A stretch of 64,000 nucleotides of DNA from contig NC_068985.1 of NCBI RefSeq assembly GCF_001194135.2, forward strand, positions 21,973,425 through 22,037,424, given 5' to 3'. The notes under the pieces are model-generated. The model had not been told where the DNA came from, searched no databases, and saw only the letters and a program-made list of their open reading frames with translations. The position numbers and the translations under genes were made by a program. The DNA is from Octopus bimaculoides. Taxonomy: Eukaryota. Positions 51,300 to 64,000 of the stretch are shown in pieces. Each line of letters opens with the position of its first letter. Within the stretch, counting starts at the first letter, position 1.

Positions 51300-53512
51300 T
51301 ACATACATACACATACATATGCACTCACAAGAATATACATATAGATAAACATATAAATATCTACGTTATGAATTTGTGTGTACACACATCTGTATGTATA
51401 TACACATGTAGAGACAGGTAGGTAGAAATAAATAGCTGTAAATGAAACTGCACATGCATATATAAATATTTAAATGTCAATGTATACACATATGCATGTG
51501 TGTGTGTGCATGCATGCATTTGTACATGTTTACATATACATTCATGCAGACATGTAGACATATACATTCATGCAGACATACAGCCATGCAAATATCAAGC
51601 ATACAAACATACACAGTGGAGGATATATCACTGTGGACAAGTGAGATTAAGCTTATGGAAACATAAGAACTTGAGAAAAAGATACCTCATTGAGTATACA
51701 TTTAAATGATTTGCCAAGGGCATAATTGAAGTGGAACAAAGAATGCTTGTTATTGATTAAGGTTCATACAAAAGGTCAGCAAGACAAGTCTGATCCAAAT
51801 AAGCAAAGAATATAATTACAATGATAATAAGAATAAAAATGTTGCAGGAGAAACTACAAAAGGTTAGGTCATAGAAGTGACTGTAATGGCTACCAGATAG
51901 CTAGGTTTGAAAATTAGAGTTGTCAGTGTGCAATTTGGTTCTGTATGAGGGTGTGAAACTATGCTAGCTGTACTCCTAATAAAATAACTGCATGAGTAAC
52001 ATTGCACTAACAGCAAATAATTGAATTCTGTTTTGGTCATTCAAGACAATGCATTTGATTCCCATGTCATTGAGCCAGTGAGAAAGGCTTTCTGATTTTG
52101 TTTCTCTTTAAATGTAGAAGTCAGAAGGGGATTGTATAGATAAAACAGACACATAATTTCTGAGACTTCATGTGAAGATGGGAAAGAAAAAAGAAAGGTG
52201 ACAGTCAGATCACCAAGAAAGAAACATAGGCTAGGTTGTGATAGAAAACTATAGCAACTGTGGGGGGTGGGATGGAGGTGGTGCTGACAATGCAATCACA
52301 AATCTTCAAGCAAAAGTAGATTACATGAAATATATATAGTAGAGTAGAGAAGCAAGCAAGAATAAAATTTATTGAAGCATTAACATTTCCTGTCAATGAA
52401 AGTGTCAGAATACATCAGGTATGATATAATAAATAAATAAATAAATAAATAAGAAAAAAATCATCATTATTATCATCATCGCCATCATTACCATCACTGT
52501 TATCATCATTCACAACAACAATAACAGCGACAATGATTTATAAGCACAGCAGATGACAATATGGGTACAGTGGTATACAAAGTGCCTTGTAGTGTTTAGT
52601 TACATTCATTTGGTTATGTCTGTGATCAAATCCCGTAGGAATTGGCTTTGCCTTTTATTTTCAAGGGTTGATAAAATAAGTACCAGTAAAGTACTGGGGT
52701 TCAATTTAATTGACTATACTCTCATAGAATACATGACCTTGTACTAATAGATGAAATCATCAATTATCATCATTATTATTAAAAACAAAAATGTGGTTAG
52801 TTGGCAGAATTCTTGGAATATTGATCCAAAATGTCATACAATAATTAGTTACATTCCTTTATATTCTGAGCTGAAATTCCATTGAGGTCAACTTTGTATT
52901 TCATCATTATGGGGTCAATAAAATAAAATACCTCTCAAGTGTTAGGGCCAACTATACCATAATCCTCGTTATCACCATTTAACATCTATTTTCTATATTG
53001 GCATGAGTTAGATGGTTCAACAGAAGCTGGCAAGCCAGAGAATTGTAGCTTGCTCCATTATCTGTTTTGGCATGGTTTCTACGGCTGGATGCCTATCCCA
53101 ATGCCAACCACATGACAATGTATCCTGAGTGTATTTTACATGACACCAGCACCAGTGAGGCCACCTGGTAATTCACAAACAAGACCCTCCAACAGAAGTG
53201 GGGGAGTAGTATTGAGGGAGATGACTTTGTGTCAAATGATGTGAGGTTAAAGTATGATCTTTACAAAAATATCCGTGGCTTTGTGCCAATGTTAGAAGTC
53301 TTTAGTATAATTCATAAGGTGGATACAATAATTTTTCTGTAGGGATTGATACAATTGTTTACATTCCTCCTTCCAAATTTTCCAGTCTTGTGCCTACACT
53401 AGAAACTGGTATTTCTATTATTATATTAATAAGTTGTAGTGCACCTGAGCACTGTATACAATAATTTCATTCATTATTATATTATTATATATCCCATTTC
53501 CAAAGTCAATAC

Positions 53513-53555
<43 letters not shown>

Positions 53556-54024
53556 ACTTGGGGATGGTCATATTGCCAGTTTAGCCAATAAAAACACACG
53601 CACTGTATATTTGGTGTTAATTTTNNNNNNNNNNNNNNNNNNNNNNNNNNNNNNNNNNNNNNNNNNNNNNNNNNNNNNNNNNNNNNNNNNNNNNNNNNNN
53701 NNNNNNNNNNNNNNNNNNNNNNNNNNNNNNNNNNNNNNNNNNNNNNNNNNNNNNNNNNNNNNNNNNNNNNNNNNNNNNNNNNNNNNNNNNNNNNNNNNNN
53801 NNNNNNNNNNNNNNNNNNNNNNNNNNNNNNNNNNNNNNNNNNNNNNNNNNNNNNNNNNNNNNNNNNNNNNNNNNNNNNNNNNNNNNNNNNNNNNNNNNNN
53901 NNNNNNNNNNNNNNNNNNNNNNNNNNNNNNNNNNNNNNNNNNNNNNNNNNNNNNNNNNNNNNNNNNNNNNNNNNNNNNNNNNNNNNNNNNNNNNNNNNNN
54001 NNNNNNNNNTTCCAAAGTCAATAC

Positions 54025-54068
<44 letters not shown>

Positions 54069-54425
54069 TCAAATACTAGGCTCATTTAAATTGGTTCTTC
54101 TCTCTTCAAAAATCTGTGGCTTTATGCTTATATTAAAATAACAATTATTTTTAATATTCAATCAGAAGGACGTCTTCAAACTTGAGGAGAGATAACAAAT
54201 TTTATAGACACAAGTAAAATCTCTACATAAAAATACCACTATCAATTATTTTTACAGACACAAGAAAAGGCTAAACATAAAAATACTGCTATCAGTTATT
54301 CTGGAAAATACTTGAACAAAAGTGTAAATCATAATAAGGTAAATCATAAAGTGAAAATCATAAAGTGTAAATCATAATAGACAGAAACTTTGTTGGCTGT
54401 AATCTGCTAGCGTACTGTTGACAAG

Positions 54426-54659
54426 ATGGCAGCCACCCAAGGCCAAATAGTTGATGTGGAAGAGCTGTCAGCTGCCAAGAAGTTTCAGTAGCTGAAGATA
54501 AGTGAAAGTAACAGGAAAAGAAAAAGAATAAGAAAATGGCTGGAACAGGCAAAAAAATATGAAGAACTTCTTGAAGTATTAACAACAAAAACTGGTAATG
54601 TTGTCGACACAAAATGTTTCTTGGAAATGGAGAAAAAGACATTAATTTATATGTGCTAG
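54426..54659 (+). pseudogene. Disrupted 77-codon frame, possibly a PIF/Harbinger transposase N-terminus
   Basis: ATG to TAG with one internal TAG (54489). RIRKWLEQAKKYEELLEVL...KCFLEM loosely resembles WVR.WL..R..Y..LL.EL...NFLRM. Confidence 0.35.
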
Positions 54660-55242
54660 TATAGTTATAGTATAGTCAGTCTATCAGATGACAAAATGGC
54701 GGCTGTCTTCAAAGGAACGTGGGGGAAATGATAGACTGCATGATCTTCCTTGACTTTTGAAAAAAAAAAATTTAGATTTAGGAATATAAAAGCTGTGATA
54801 GAAAAGGCATGAAAAGTGGTTGAAATAAAAATAAAAAATAAATAAAATTATTGAAGCCATAGAATATGAATAAACGATTACTAATAACCATCATTGACCA
54901 ACAGTGGGACATCAATATGTGCAAGTTGGTGATAATTTTGAAACAAATTGGTAAATTTAATGGCATCATTGAAAAAGTAAAGGAAAGGTAGGAAACCATT
55001 TACATGGTGGTTGGTTGTATGTTTGTAGTGGAAATTTCCAGAAATTTCTGAACTTTAAGAAACTTGCTTACCGGAATGAAACAGGATATCTATTTCCCCT
55101 GCCACTTCAAATGCACAGTAAAAGCAGTCAAAGTATTTCAAATGTGAATGCTGAGTCCAACAACTCCTCCCCAAGATTGAAATATAAGCAATTACTTCTC
55201 AGTCTCTATTATCTCTAATTACAGATTACTAGAATAACACCC

Positions 55243-55303
<61 letters not shown>

Positions 55304-55364
55304 NNNNNNNNNNNNNNNNNNNNNNNNNNNNNNNNNNNNNNNNNNNNNNNNNNNNNNNNNNNNN

Positions 55365-55419
<55 letters not shown>

Positions 55420-56668
55420 AAATTTTACTAAAATCATTAGTCCAGTTGCTGCTTTCTATAAAGGAGAAAAACACTGAAATTCTTCTTTTCCTTCAAACCC
55501 TTTAACATTCCTGTGTCATGGAACCAAGCTAGGAAGGGCATGTTAAAACTTCTTTCCCAAGAAATCATCATAACTATCAACTACAATAACTATAGGAAAA
55601 TAAAAAGTAAGAGAAAAAAAACCTTTTCTCTACCTTTTGGACACAAAAAGCAATAAAACTGAACTTTAATAGTTCTTTTAAAGTGGGTTATTTCACAACA
55701 ATTAAAACTAGTAGTAAAATTTCTCAGGTTGTGGACAATGAAAAGCCACCTAAAAGTGGCAGGTGGCTTAAAACTGTGAAAGGTTTGAAAGTGGTAAAAA
55801 TCAACTTTTAGAAGAAAAAATTGAAAGGCTCTTCTCATAAAGATGCTGAAAAAGTCACTCATAGGCTGCCCTTGTGGAAACAGCAAAGAACAGAAGCAAA
55901 GTGGATTTTTCTCACTATAGTATTAGTCAGAATAGTGATTGCACATTTTTTTTTTAATGTCAGACTAAGTTTCTGTTTTAAGCAAAGAAGGCTGTTAAAT
56001 TATTTTAGAACTTCATAAATACACATTATTATTATTATTATTTTATGTTTGACTTTTGCTTTGCATTTGTACAAGTTGGATCCAAGTCTCACCCAGAGAC
56101 CTCAAGAGATAACAAGTTAGAAGTTCATGTAGGTGTTATGCCTAGGGTACCATATATTTGGATTTGTACATAGTGTTGTTCTAGAGAATGTTTAAGAAAC
56201 CATAAGAAAATTATGTGTTTGTTTTATTATTATTATTATTATTAGTAGTAGTAGTAGTAGTAGTAGTATTATTATGCTGTCTGACACTTACTAGTTGACC
56301 TTCAATTAATGACAATTGAGTATGACACAGTAAGTTAAATCCAAGAAGAGCAGTTACTCCAATAAAATGGTATTTACTGATTTATGTTACACTAGTATTT
56401 TTGGTTCTAATTGATGCATTAGTGCAGTTGGTATCAATGGTATAGAAAAAGCAGTCAGAGTAGTGGCAGTCTATACACTTTGTATGAAGTAGTGAGCTTC
56501 CTTCACTGAATTGAAAATTTTTGACTTTGTATCATCTAATTTCTTATTGTAAAGGTGACTGAAATACAATTTTCGCTGCAATTTTAGACAGAGAGGAAAC
56601 TAGAAAATAAATCATGAAATGTAAAGCCCTTTTAAGTCTGTTCCCTAACTTCTGTTTGATGAATTCAG

Positions 56669-56713
56669 ACTGGAACTCTCAGAGAGATCTTGTGTGAATT
56701 TAATCCAATAAGG
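56669..56713 (+). CDS. Candidate 45-nt exon (TGTLREILCEFNPIR), product unknown
   Basis: CTAAC branch-like motif, TTCAG acceptor, AGG|GTAAGG donor; only one frame open. Confidence 0.3.
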
Positions 56714-57786
56714 GTAAGGAAAAGGTTATTCAGATATAATATTTGTTAGTTCAGGTAGAGAATTAGCTTGCTTTCCAAAATTTAAGGGTGTAACCTATTT
56801 CAACCATAAAATGCAGATCAGGGAAGTTAGATTAGACAAAAATCCATAAATGTAGTCTTGACACAGAAACTGCCTAGAGGCCAGGACATTTCATCTCAAG
56901 TCAAAAGAACAGAAAGAAGAAGGGTCTGTTGCTTAAGGTGTTTCCATTTACTCATAGAATTCTATAGAGAATTAGAGAAAATTAACAATGAGTTTTTGGG
57001 AGATGAGTTAGATATGGCCAAGAAAGACCCACAAAAGCTTTCTGACAGACTTTTGATCTGAGCGTAAGCTCTCTCTTACAAATTTGTAAAGTTTACTATG
57101 TAGTAGAGTATCAAGAACAGTGACTTATACACAGGGTCTCAGTCAGCTTTTTTGGGATACTGTCACTGATACCACTTGTTGGACTTGTAGGACCAGTCTC
57201 GCACCGTAAGTAATTTTGTTGAATTTACCAGATCAGATAGATATACAGACCATAAATTTATGTTTCAATATCTTATTGACCAGTGTATCCAAGGGGACTG
57301 CATAGACAGATAGATTGAATAAGAGAGACTTATAATTATTAAGATCCTGTGTCACATTCATTTTATACAGATTAAAAAGATGAGTTAGAATAGATCCCAT
57401 GCACACACCTGCCATGAGAGGTTGGTAAATGGGGTCAAATTGATATAGATAGATCAGATCTGGATCTTTCAATGGATGTATTCATCTGAGATAGTAAAGA
57501 GAGATAATTTAGCATAAGTATGTTAATATTTCAACTAATTAAAAATCTTTAGTCTTTCTTTGATTTACATTTTTTAAAACTCTTACATGTGAAATAAATT
57601 GGTTGTACTTCTACACTAAACAAAATATTTTAATTTTTTTATGCAGTTCTTAATGATATTTAATAGAATTGTTTAAATATTGAATAGCTATGAAATTCCA
57701 CCCAGGTAAAATAGGAATTAAAAAGGATCCATAGGCAAAAATAGTTGAGAACCAATGCTTTAAAGGCTTTGTGACTGATAAAAAAG

Positions 57787-57839
<53 letters not shown>

Positions 57840-57841
<2 letters not shown>

Positions 57842-58135
57842 ATTCAAGACTGGAGCAAAGTGAACAATATGGATCACAGAATATCAAAAGCACAAGTTCC
57901 ACAGGGCCAGACATGTCATAAGGTTTAAAGACAAGGGAACTTGAATGGTTTCCAAGAGATAAGAGAAAAAAAAGACACTCAGAAGGCCTCCATGATGATG
58001 CAAAGATGATTGAGTCAAATAATTTGGTTCAAGATAAGAAGGGTTAAATCAAGAATGAATTGGAAGTGCACTGTGACCAGCAGTGTATAACAACATCCAG
58101 TAGTCATGTTGATACAGGTGATACACACACACATA
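57840..58135 (+). mobile_element. RTE LINE 3' fragment, same lineage as 19.3 kb
   Basis: RHVIRFKD...EWFPRDK...RRPP and a GATACAGGTGATAC tail. Confidence 0.65.
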
Positions 58136-59280
58136 CACACGGTGTGTAACACACCCAACCCACCATCACTCTTCTAATTACAACACTATTTACTCAGCTG
58201 CTAATTATGAGAACAGAGATGCACATATTTCATCCCCCACTTTTGTGCTATCAGTTTACCCTCTCCTTAGAGCCACCTTCCCTTGTCATTCACCCTGCAT
58301 TCTCAATACCATTTCTTACCATTGTATTTTCCATTGAACACTTTCTCATATTGGCTATCAATACCTCATCCCACCTCATTCATCACACTTTATATTCACC
58401 TCTACATGCCTCTGATCTCTGCCCCTGTCAATGTGCACCCTTCCTTTTCCTTCCCTCCACTGATTATACAAAATAAAGTAATGACTACTGCATTAATGCA
58501 AGTGATAAATATCCTTCTGTATTTTTATAGTATTAATTAACAGTAGTAGAAGTAGCAGCCAAGAATAATGGGAGGGGGAACTTTCAAATGATTCTCAGTT
58601 GTATTTTGTATAACCAAATATATTTAGGAAGTCATGATTTACAAAACCCTTAGGTAGAGATGTAAAGAGAACAAACTTTGTTTATTTAGGTTAGTAATTT
58701 AGATATTATTTACAGACAAAAAATACCCAGAGAAAGAAGTTGCACAAAACAACTGACCCAATGTATAGGAACACTGAAGTGGTCATCATCATCATTGTCA
58801 ACTGAGAATTTTAAAGACAGTGGTTGTGTGGTTAAGAAATTTGCTTCCCAACATGGTTTTGGGTTCAGTCCCACTGTGTTGCACCTTGAGCAAGAGTCTT
58901 CTACTATAGCCATGGACTGAATGGATTTGGTAACCATTGAAAAAAGCATGTCATGTACACGCACGTGCATGTGTGTGTGTGTGTGTGTTTCTGCATCTTG
59001 ACATCGCATGATAGTTGTAAATGATTGTCACTGACATATAAGCAGTGTCCTTTCCAGAATCCTGTGAGAACATGTTTGGCCATGGGCAAATATTTCCTTG
59101 CTTGGAAATAGGTGAGAGTTGGCAACAGGAAAGGCATGACTGTCACTCGAAAGTATATACATGCGTTGATAGCAAGTATATGAATTTGTTTTAGATGCCT
59201 ATGTAGCAATGAGCAGACATATACACCTGCTCAGCAGCCTCCTCCCCACCCAACCTAGGGAAACAATCTGGGATGTGAAA

Positions 59281-59319
<39 letters not shown>

Positions 59320-59992
59320 TTCACTTGTATTAAATTTCAGTTGAGTAAACTGAAGGAATGTGAAATGAAATGCCGTACTTAAGAACAAAATATGCCACTC
59401 AGTCTAGGAATCGAACCCATGACCTTATAAACATGAAGCAATCTCCTACCACTAGGTCATGTGCCTTCGCTTCAGTACATAAACTGCAGATTATTATAGA
59501 AGACCCTTTTGTTCCTGATATGAGTTTAGATGATCAAAGAGAATGGTTCTACGTTTGGCAGCTTGCCTTTGGCAGCATGTGACTATATAACAAATGACTA
59601 AGTATAAAGTTATATGCAATGAGATTCATTCAAGTCGATCACTTTTCTAAATGGACATAGGAAATTTCTTATCAGACATTTTGTATTTCTTTTTCTCTGT
59701 TCAATAAGTTGTAGAAGCAGCCGTTATTAGTTAGATTATTGAACCGCTTGGTTTTTAATATCGTGCCATTTTACAAATTGCAAAAACAAATACTTGATAT
59801 TTATTTATTTTCTAGGCAAAACAATATCAAGTATCTAATAAAATTTTTTTTTTTTTAATTATTTTCAGGATAATGGTAAAAATAAAGGAAAACATCGAAA
59901 TATCTTTAAAGAATCTAAATTTTCATTTTTTTATGTATTTGAAATATTTTAAGTAACAACATGTTTAAATAAACATACACACATATACATAC

Positions 59993-60055
<63 letters not shown>

Positions 60056-60576
60056 TTCTGGAAGTGGTGTGTGTTCCACCCATGTGTAACATTAAATTTT
60101 TCACACACCCTACCCCAATAAACCAAACATCCCTTCTTCTCTTCCTCCTCACATCTTTTCTTCTTCATGCACTGTGTTTATCTCTCCCTCCCTAATCCTG
60201 TCCTTCCTGTCACCTGTATCATTGCTAACCTGTCTTTTCCCCCTATATACCCAGGTATATAGGGGAAAAACAGTCACTGTATCCCCACCGCCCTACTTTT
60301 TGCATTCACATGAACCCCATACTCACACACCCTGGGCACTCCTTTAACATTCCATTTATATTCACATCCTTGTACCTTTGGAGTATGCTCTGGCACATTG
60401 CTACCATCTCTCTCGCTTTCTTTTACTCTTGCTCTCATTCTCGCTTCAAAAGGTTAACACAACTCCTAATCGAGGTATATATATATCTATATCTATATAT
60501 ATATATATATATATATATACATACATATATATATATATATATGTATGTCATATGTGTGTGTTTGTGTGTGTGTGTG

Positions 60577-60651
<75 letters not shown>

Positions 60652-63069
60652 GAACACACACACACATATTATTTATATATATACCCACATACATACATAT
60701 ACATCCCAAATTTCATTTCCTATATATTTGTTTGCCTTTTCATTTGTAGTGCTTTTATGTGTATATACATAAATGTAAAATTTTCTTAAATAAATCACAC
60801 TCCATATTTGAACTCCAATGAAATTATAGTGTGATACTCAAGCACTCAACTATGTCTGCGTTGTATCTTATCGTAGAAACAGCTGTAATCTAATGAAGTT
60901 CAAGACAAATTTTTTATTTGTTTAATCATCCCAACTTAATCATCATTACACACACACAAACTCACACACATACACACATATAATGCATGTGTACAATATT
61001 TAATTAAAGCTGAAGTTCAATCCATATTAAAATAATGCTGACATATCTGGGGTGGTACTACTGCTGCACACACAAACATACTAGGACTGCACATTATCAA
61101 AGACCATCCAGCTGATTAGTTAAAATTTACTCACCGTGACACCCTCAACCTCTAACTAATCCATGTAATGTTTCTACTCTTCCTATTACCACTATTATAA
61201 GGATTTTAGCCTATCTAAACAGACAAGCAGTGTACAACCTCCGCCCAAGCTGATCCAATACCCATGCTGCTTTTTTCTAATTTTCCAGTTTATCTTCTGA
61301 AATAAGAACATGGAAAGTTATCTTTTTAGGAAGCGTAACATTTATACCTTTCCTTATATTGCGTAACGTATATGCCATTACTATCTAGAAAAATTGTTAG
61401 GAAACTTATAAGCTTACTTTGGCATTTGAAAACACCATAACAATTGCTACATAGACCAGACATCTACAACATTTTCTTTCTCTCTCTCTCTCTCTCTCTC
61501 TCTCACTCAAGAAAGTGGCAATGTACCAATCGTTGAATTACAAGAAGAGAAGCAAATTGCATTGGGAATTTCAATTGATATATGAATTTCTGCGGTAATA
61601 TCTGGACCTTTAAGTTAAGCAAACTAGATATTCAGTCTTGCTTGTTATGATTGTTATTATCAGAAGTTTGTAGAGACAGAAATATGTTCATTACATTTCA
61701 GAATAAGAATCTCCTATAATATCTAAGTTTGTTTCAAAAGCAAAATTTGAAATAAGCCACTACAATAGAAAGAATTCAAAATGACACAAAAGGCATCACC
61801 GAGCTGATTGTATACTTGTCAGTGCACTTCAACAGTAAACTTGCTCTTTTATACACAACAAATAATAAAACATTTTAAGTATATAAAGATGTACAATAGA
61901 GCAGAACAGAAATAGCGATTACTATATAATGTAATATTGGTGAATGATAGATCATTTGGTGAAACTAGTCAAAATTACCTGACAATAATGGAAAGAAGTA
62001 GATTTGATATAGAAAATAGCTATTGATTAAAGCCACGAAAGTCAAGTTATTTCAATAGACTATTTAGTCGAAATATCCAGAAAATAAAAGGTCTGATGGG
62101 AATAAGATTTTAAACAATGAAGACAATTTTGGAAATGAAATTATATATTTGTTGCAATACAGTAGTTTATTCAGACTTCCATTTATACAGTCTTTGTTCT
62201 GCATTAAATTATGCATTTCACACACACAGACACACACACACAAACAAACAAATAAATAAACAAACAAACAAATAAACACACATACATACACACACAAACA
62301 AACAAATAAACAAACACACACACACAAAGAAATACACTGACACTCACATTTATTTTGACATTGCTAATATATTCAATACAGACTGAATTCAGAAGCTTTT
62401 ATTCTATCTATAAGGTCACTACAGTGTCAAAAACTGACAAACACACACACATAACAGTTGTGCATTGAATACAAGTAGCAAGAAGAATATAAAAAATATG
62501 AACCATATATGAAAATGAAACAGAAATTCACACACATACGAAGCATTCACATAGGAACCAGAGAGAGAGAGAAATCTATCAATGTGAATACATTGAGTGA
62601 AACAGTAATAGTTTATCCTTTTATATTGTATGGAAAAGAAAATTAAGACACGAGAATTAAATTCATACATTGGACCAGACATGTTCATCAGGGAAAGGTC
62701 AACTTCCCAAAACAGTTCAGTGTATATTAGTAAAAAAAAAAGAAAGAAAAAAATGAAAAATCTATACATATAAATGACCCTTGTCATTAACTCATGTTTA
62801 TTATCTGCATTTCTTGTCACTTTCACAGAAAAGAAAAGGAAACAAATAACAAAACAAAAAACTTTGCATTCTTAATGTATCCAAATTAATCATACATGTT
62901 TGTTTCATGAATATTTTGTGATATGACACCTTGATCAATTATTGTAACTGTTAAGGGTATGTTACTGTCTATTCCCATATGATGCACCACAAAACACACA
63001 TGCATTCACACACACACACATACGCGCACACACATATGAAGATATACACAAAGATATGTATTATATTTC

Positions 63070-63322
63070 ATTCCATTCCAACTACTTTGCCCATTATTCC
63101 TGGGAGTGTTGGAGGAGTAGAGTCCTGTCACATCTCCTCTATAGGGTCCTGACAGAATCAACTGTCATTAGATTTTCTGGATGGATTCCCAAGTGTGATC
63201 AGCTGGGACTACAGATATTATCCAACCATCTCATTCTTGATCTACCCTTAAGTCTTTTGCTGGTTGGCTTGGCTTGAAGAATCTGTCTTGTGATTCTTTC
63301 CTGTGACATTCTAATCACATAT
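63070..63322 (-). mobile_element. RTE LINE 3' fragment, third lineage (Expander/Rex3-like by memory)
   Basis: YVIRMSQERITRQILQAKPTSKRLKGRSRMRWLDNI...HSQE*, the RTE GHVxRM...GRPxxRW C-terminal motif. Confidence 0.85.
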
Positions 63323-64000
63323 GTATTATATACATACATGTAATGTACTCAGAAATACTGATATCTGTGAAATTACAAGTTCTTGTTAAGCATTTTATTC
63401 AAAATGTACCCCACTATTACCAGACATGGGAAAACCACACACACACACATGTATATATGTAGTATTAACACTTTGACTCAGAATTGCATTAAAGTTTTTC
63501 GAAAGTGAGAGCAGCATTCCAGATTGTTTGGATACCTGCTTGTGGTAATCAGAGCCTTTACAGTTTGTCATTTGGTGAAGAGTAAGGCTTATTCTTGTTT
63601 TCATTGGCTGGTCCTAGTTCGACTGTCTTTGAACAGAGGTCTGATTATTTAGTGCTGACCTGGGGGCTAAACAACAAAAGAAAAAGAACCAATGAGGAAA
63701 CCTCAATGCAATTGCTCAGCTTATTAGCAGCCCAACTCCCTCATATTATCCCCTACTCTCTTGAGAGAGAGAGAGAGAGGACACATTGGATAATGTAATT
63801 TTGGATGCACACTGTCTGGAGTAAAAACTAGTCATATTTCTGCTCAATTAGAGATTAGTTTGCTCTATACAACAACAAAAGTAGAAGTAAATGTCAATTG
63901 TATATGTTGAAGAATCAGACATTTGCATGCCATGATACGGTGTAAGGTGAACAATAAGTTCATTGTATACCATCTACATCTTGTGAATAAAATAATCTAA

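Noticed and set aside
53497-54065. TTCCAAAGTCAATACATAA(TA)n on both sides of a gap
   Set aside because: Most likely a scaffolding or haplotype artefact; cannot be resolved without reads.
54690-54730. AAAATGGCGGC as a YY1-type start of a housekeeping gene
   Set aside because: The frame closes after 11 codons and there is no nearby donor or CpG-rich promoter.

Overview
AT-rich, microsatellite-laden eukaryotic DNA with five N gaps. The repeat content suggests an octopus or other cephalopod scaffold; this is inferred from remembered repeat families, not from a search. No intact protein-coding gene can be supported. Almost all ORF-track entries are microsatellite or transposon artefacts, and only a few weak splice-bounded candidate exons remain. 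The window is mostly decayed transposons: several RTE-clade LINE lineages, an R4-like RLE LINE relic, tRNA-derived SINEs, and mariner, Tc1, pogo, hAT, piggyBac-like and possibly Harbinger relics. The main result is two unrelated small elements carrying hammerhead ribozyme (HHR) motifs in the same layout: a 5'-truncated inverted copy abutting a fuller forward copy. The element at 49773-49997 contains an apparently complete type I hammerhead. The element at 34594-35058 is a tRNA-headed SINE with a minimal hammerhead tail and a 14-bp target-site duplication (TSD); each of its arms has a different core lesion. Both resemble non-autonomous passengers of Penelope-like elements (PLEs), although no PLE ORF is seen here.
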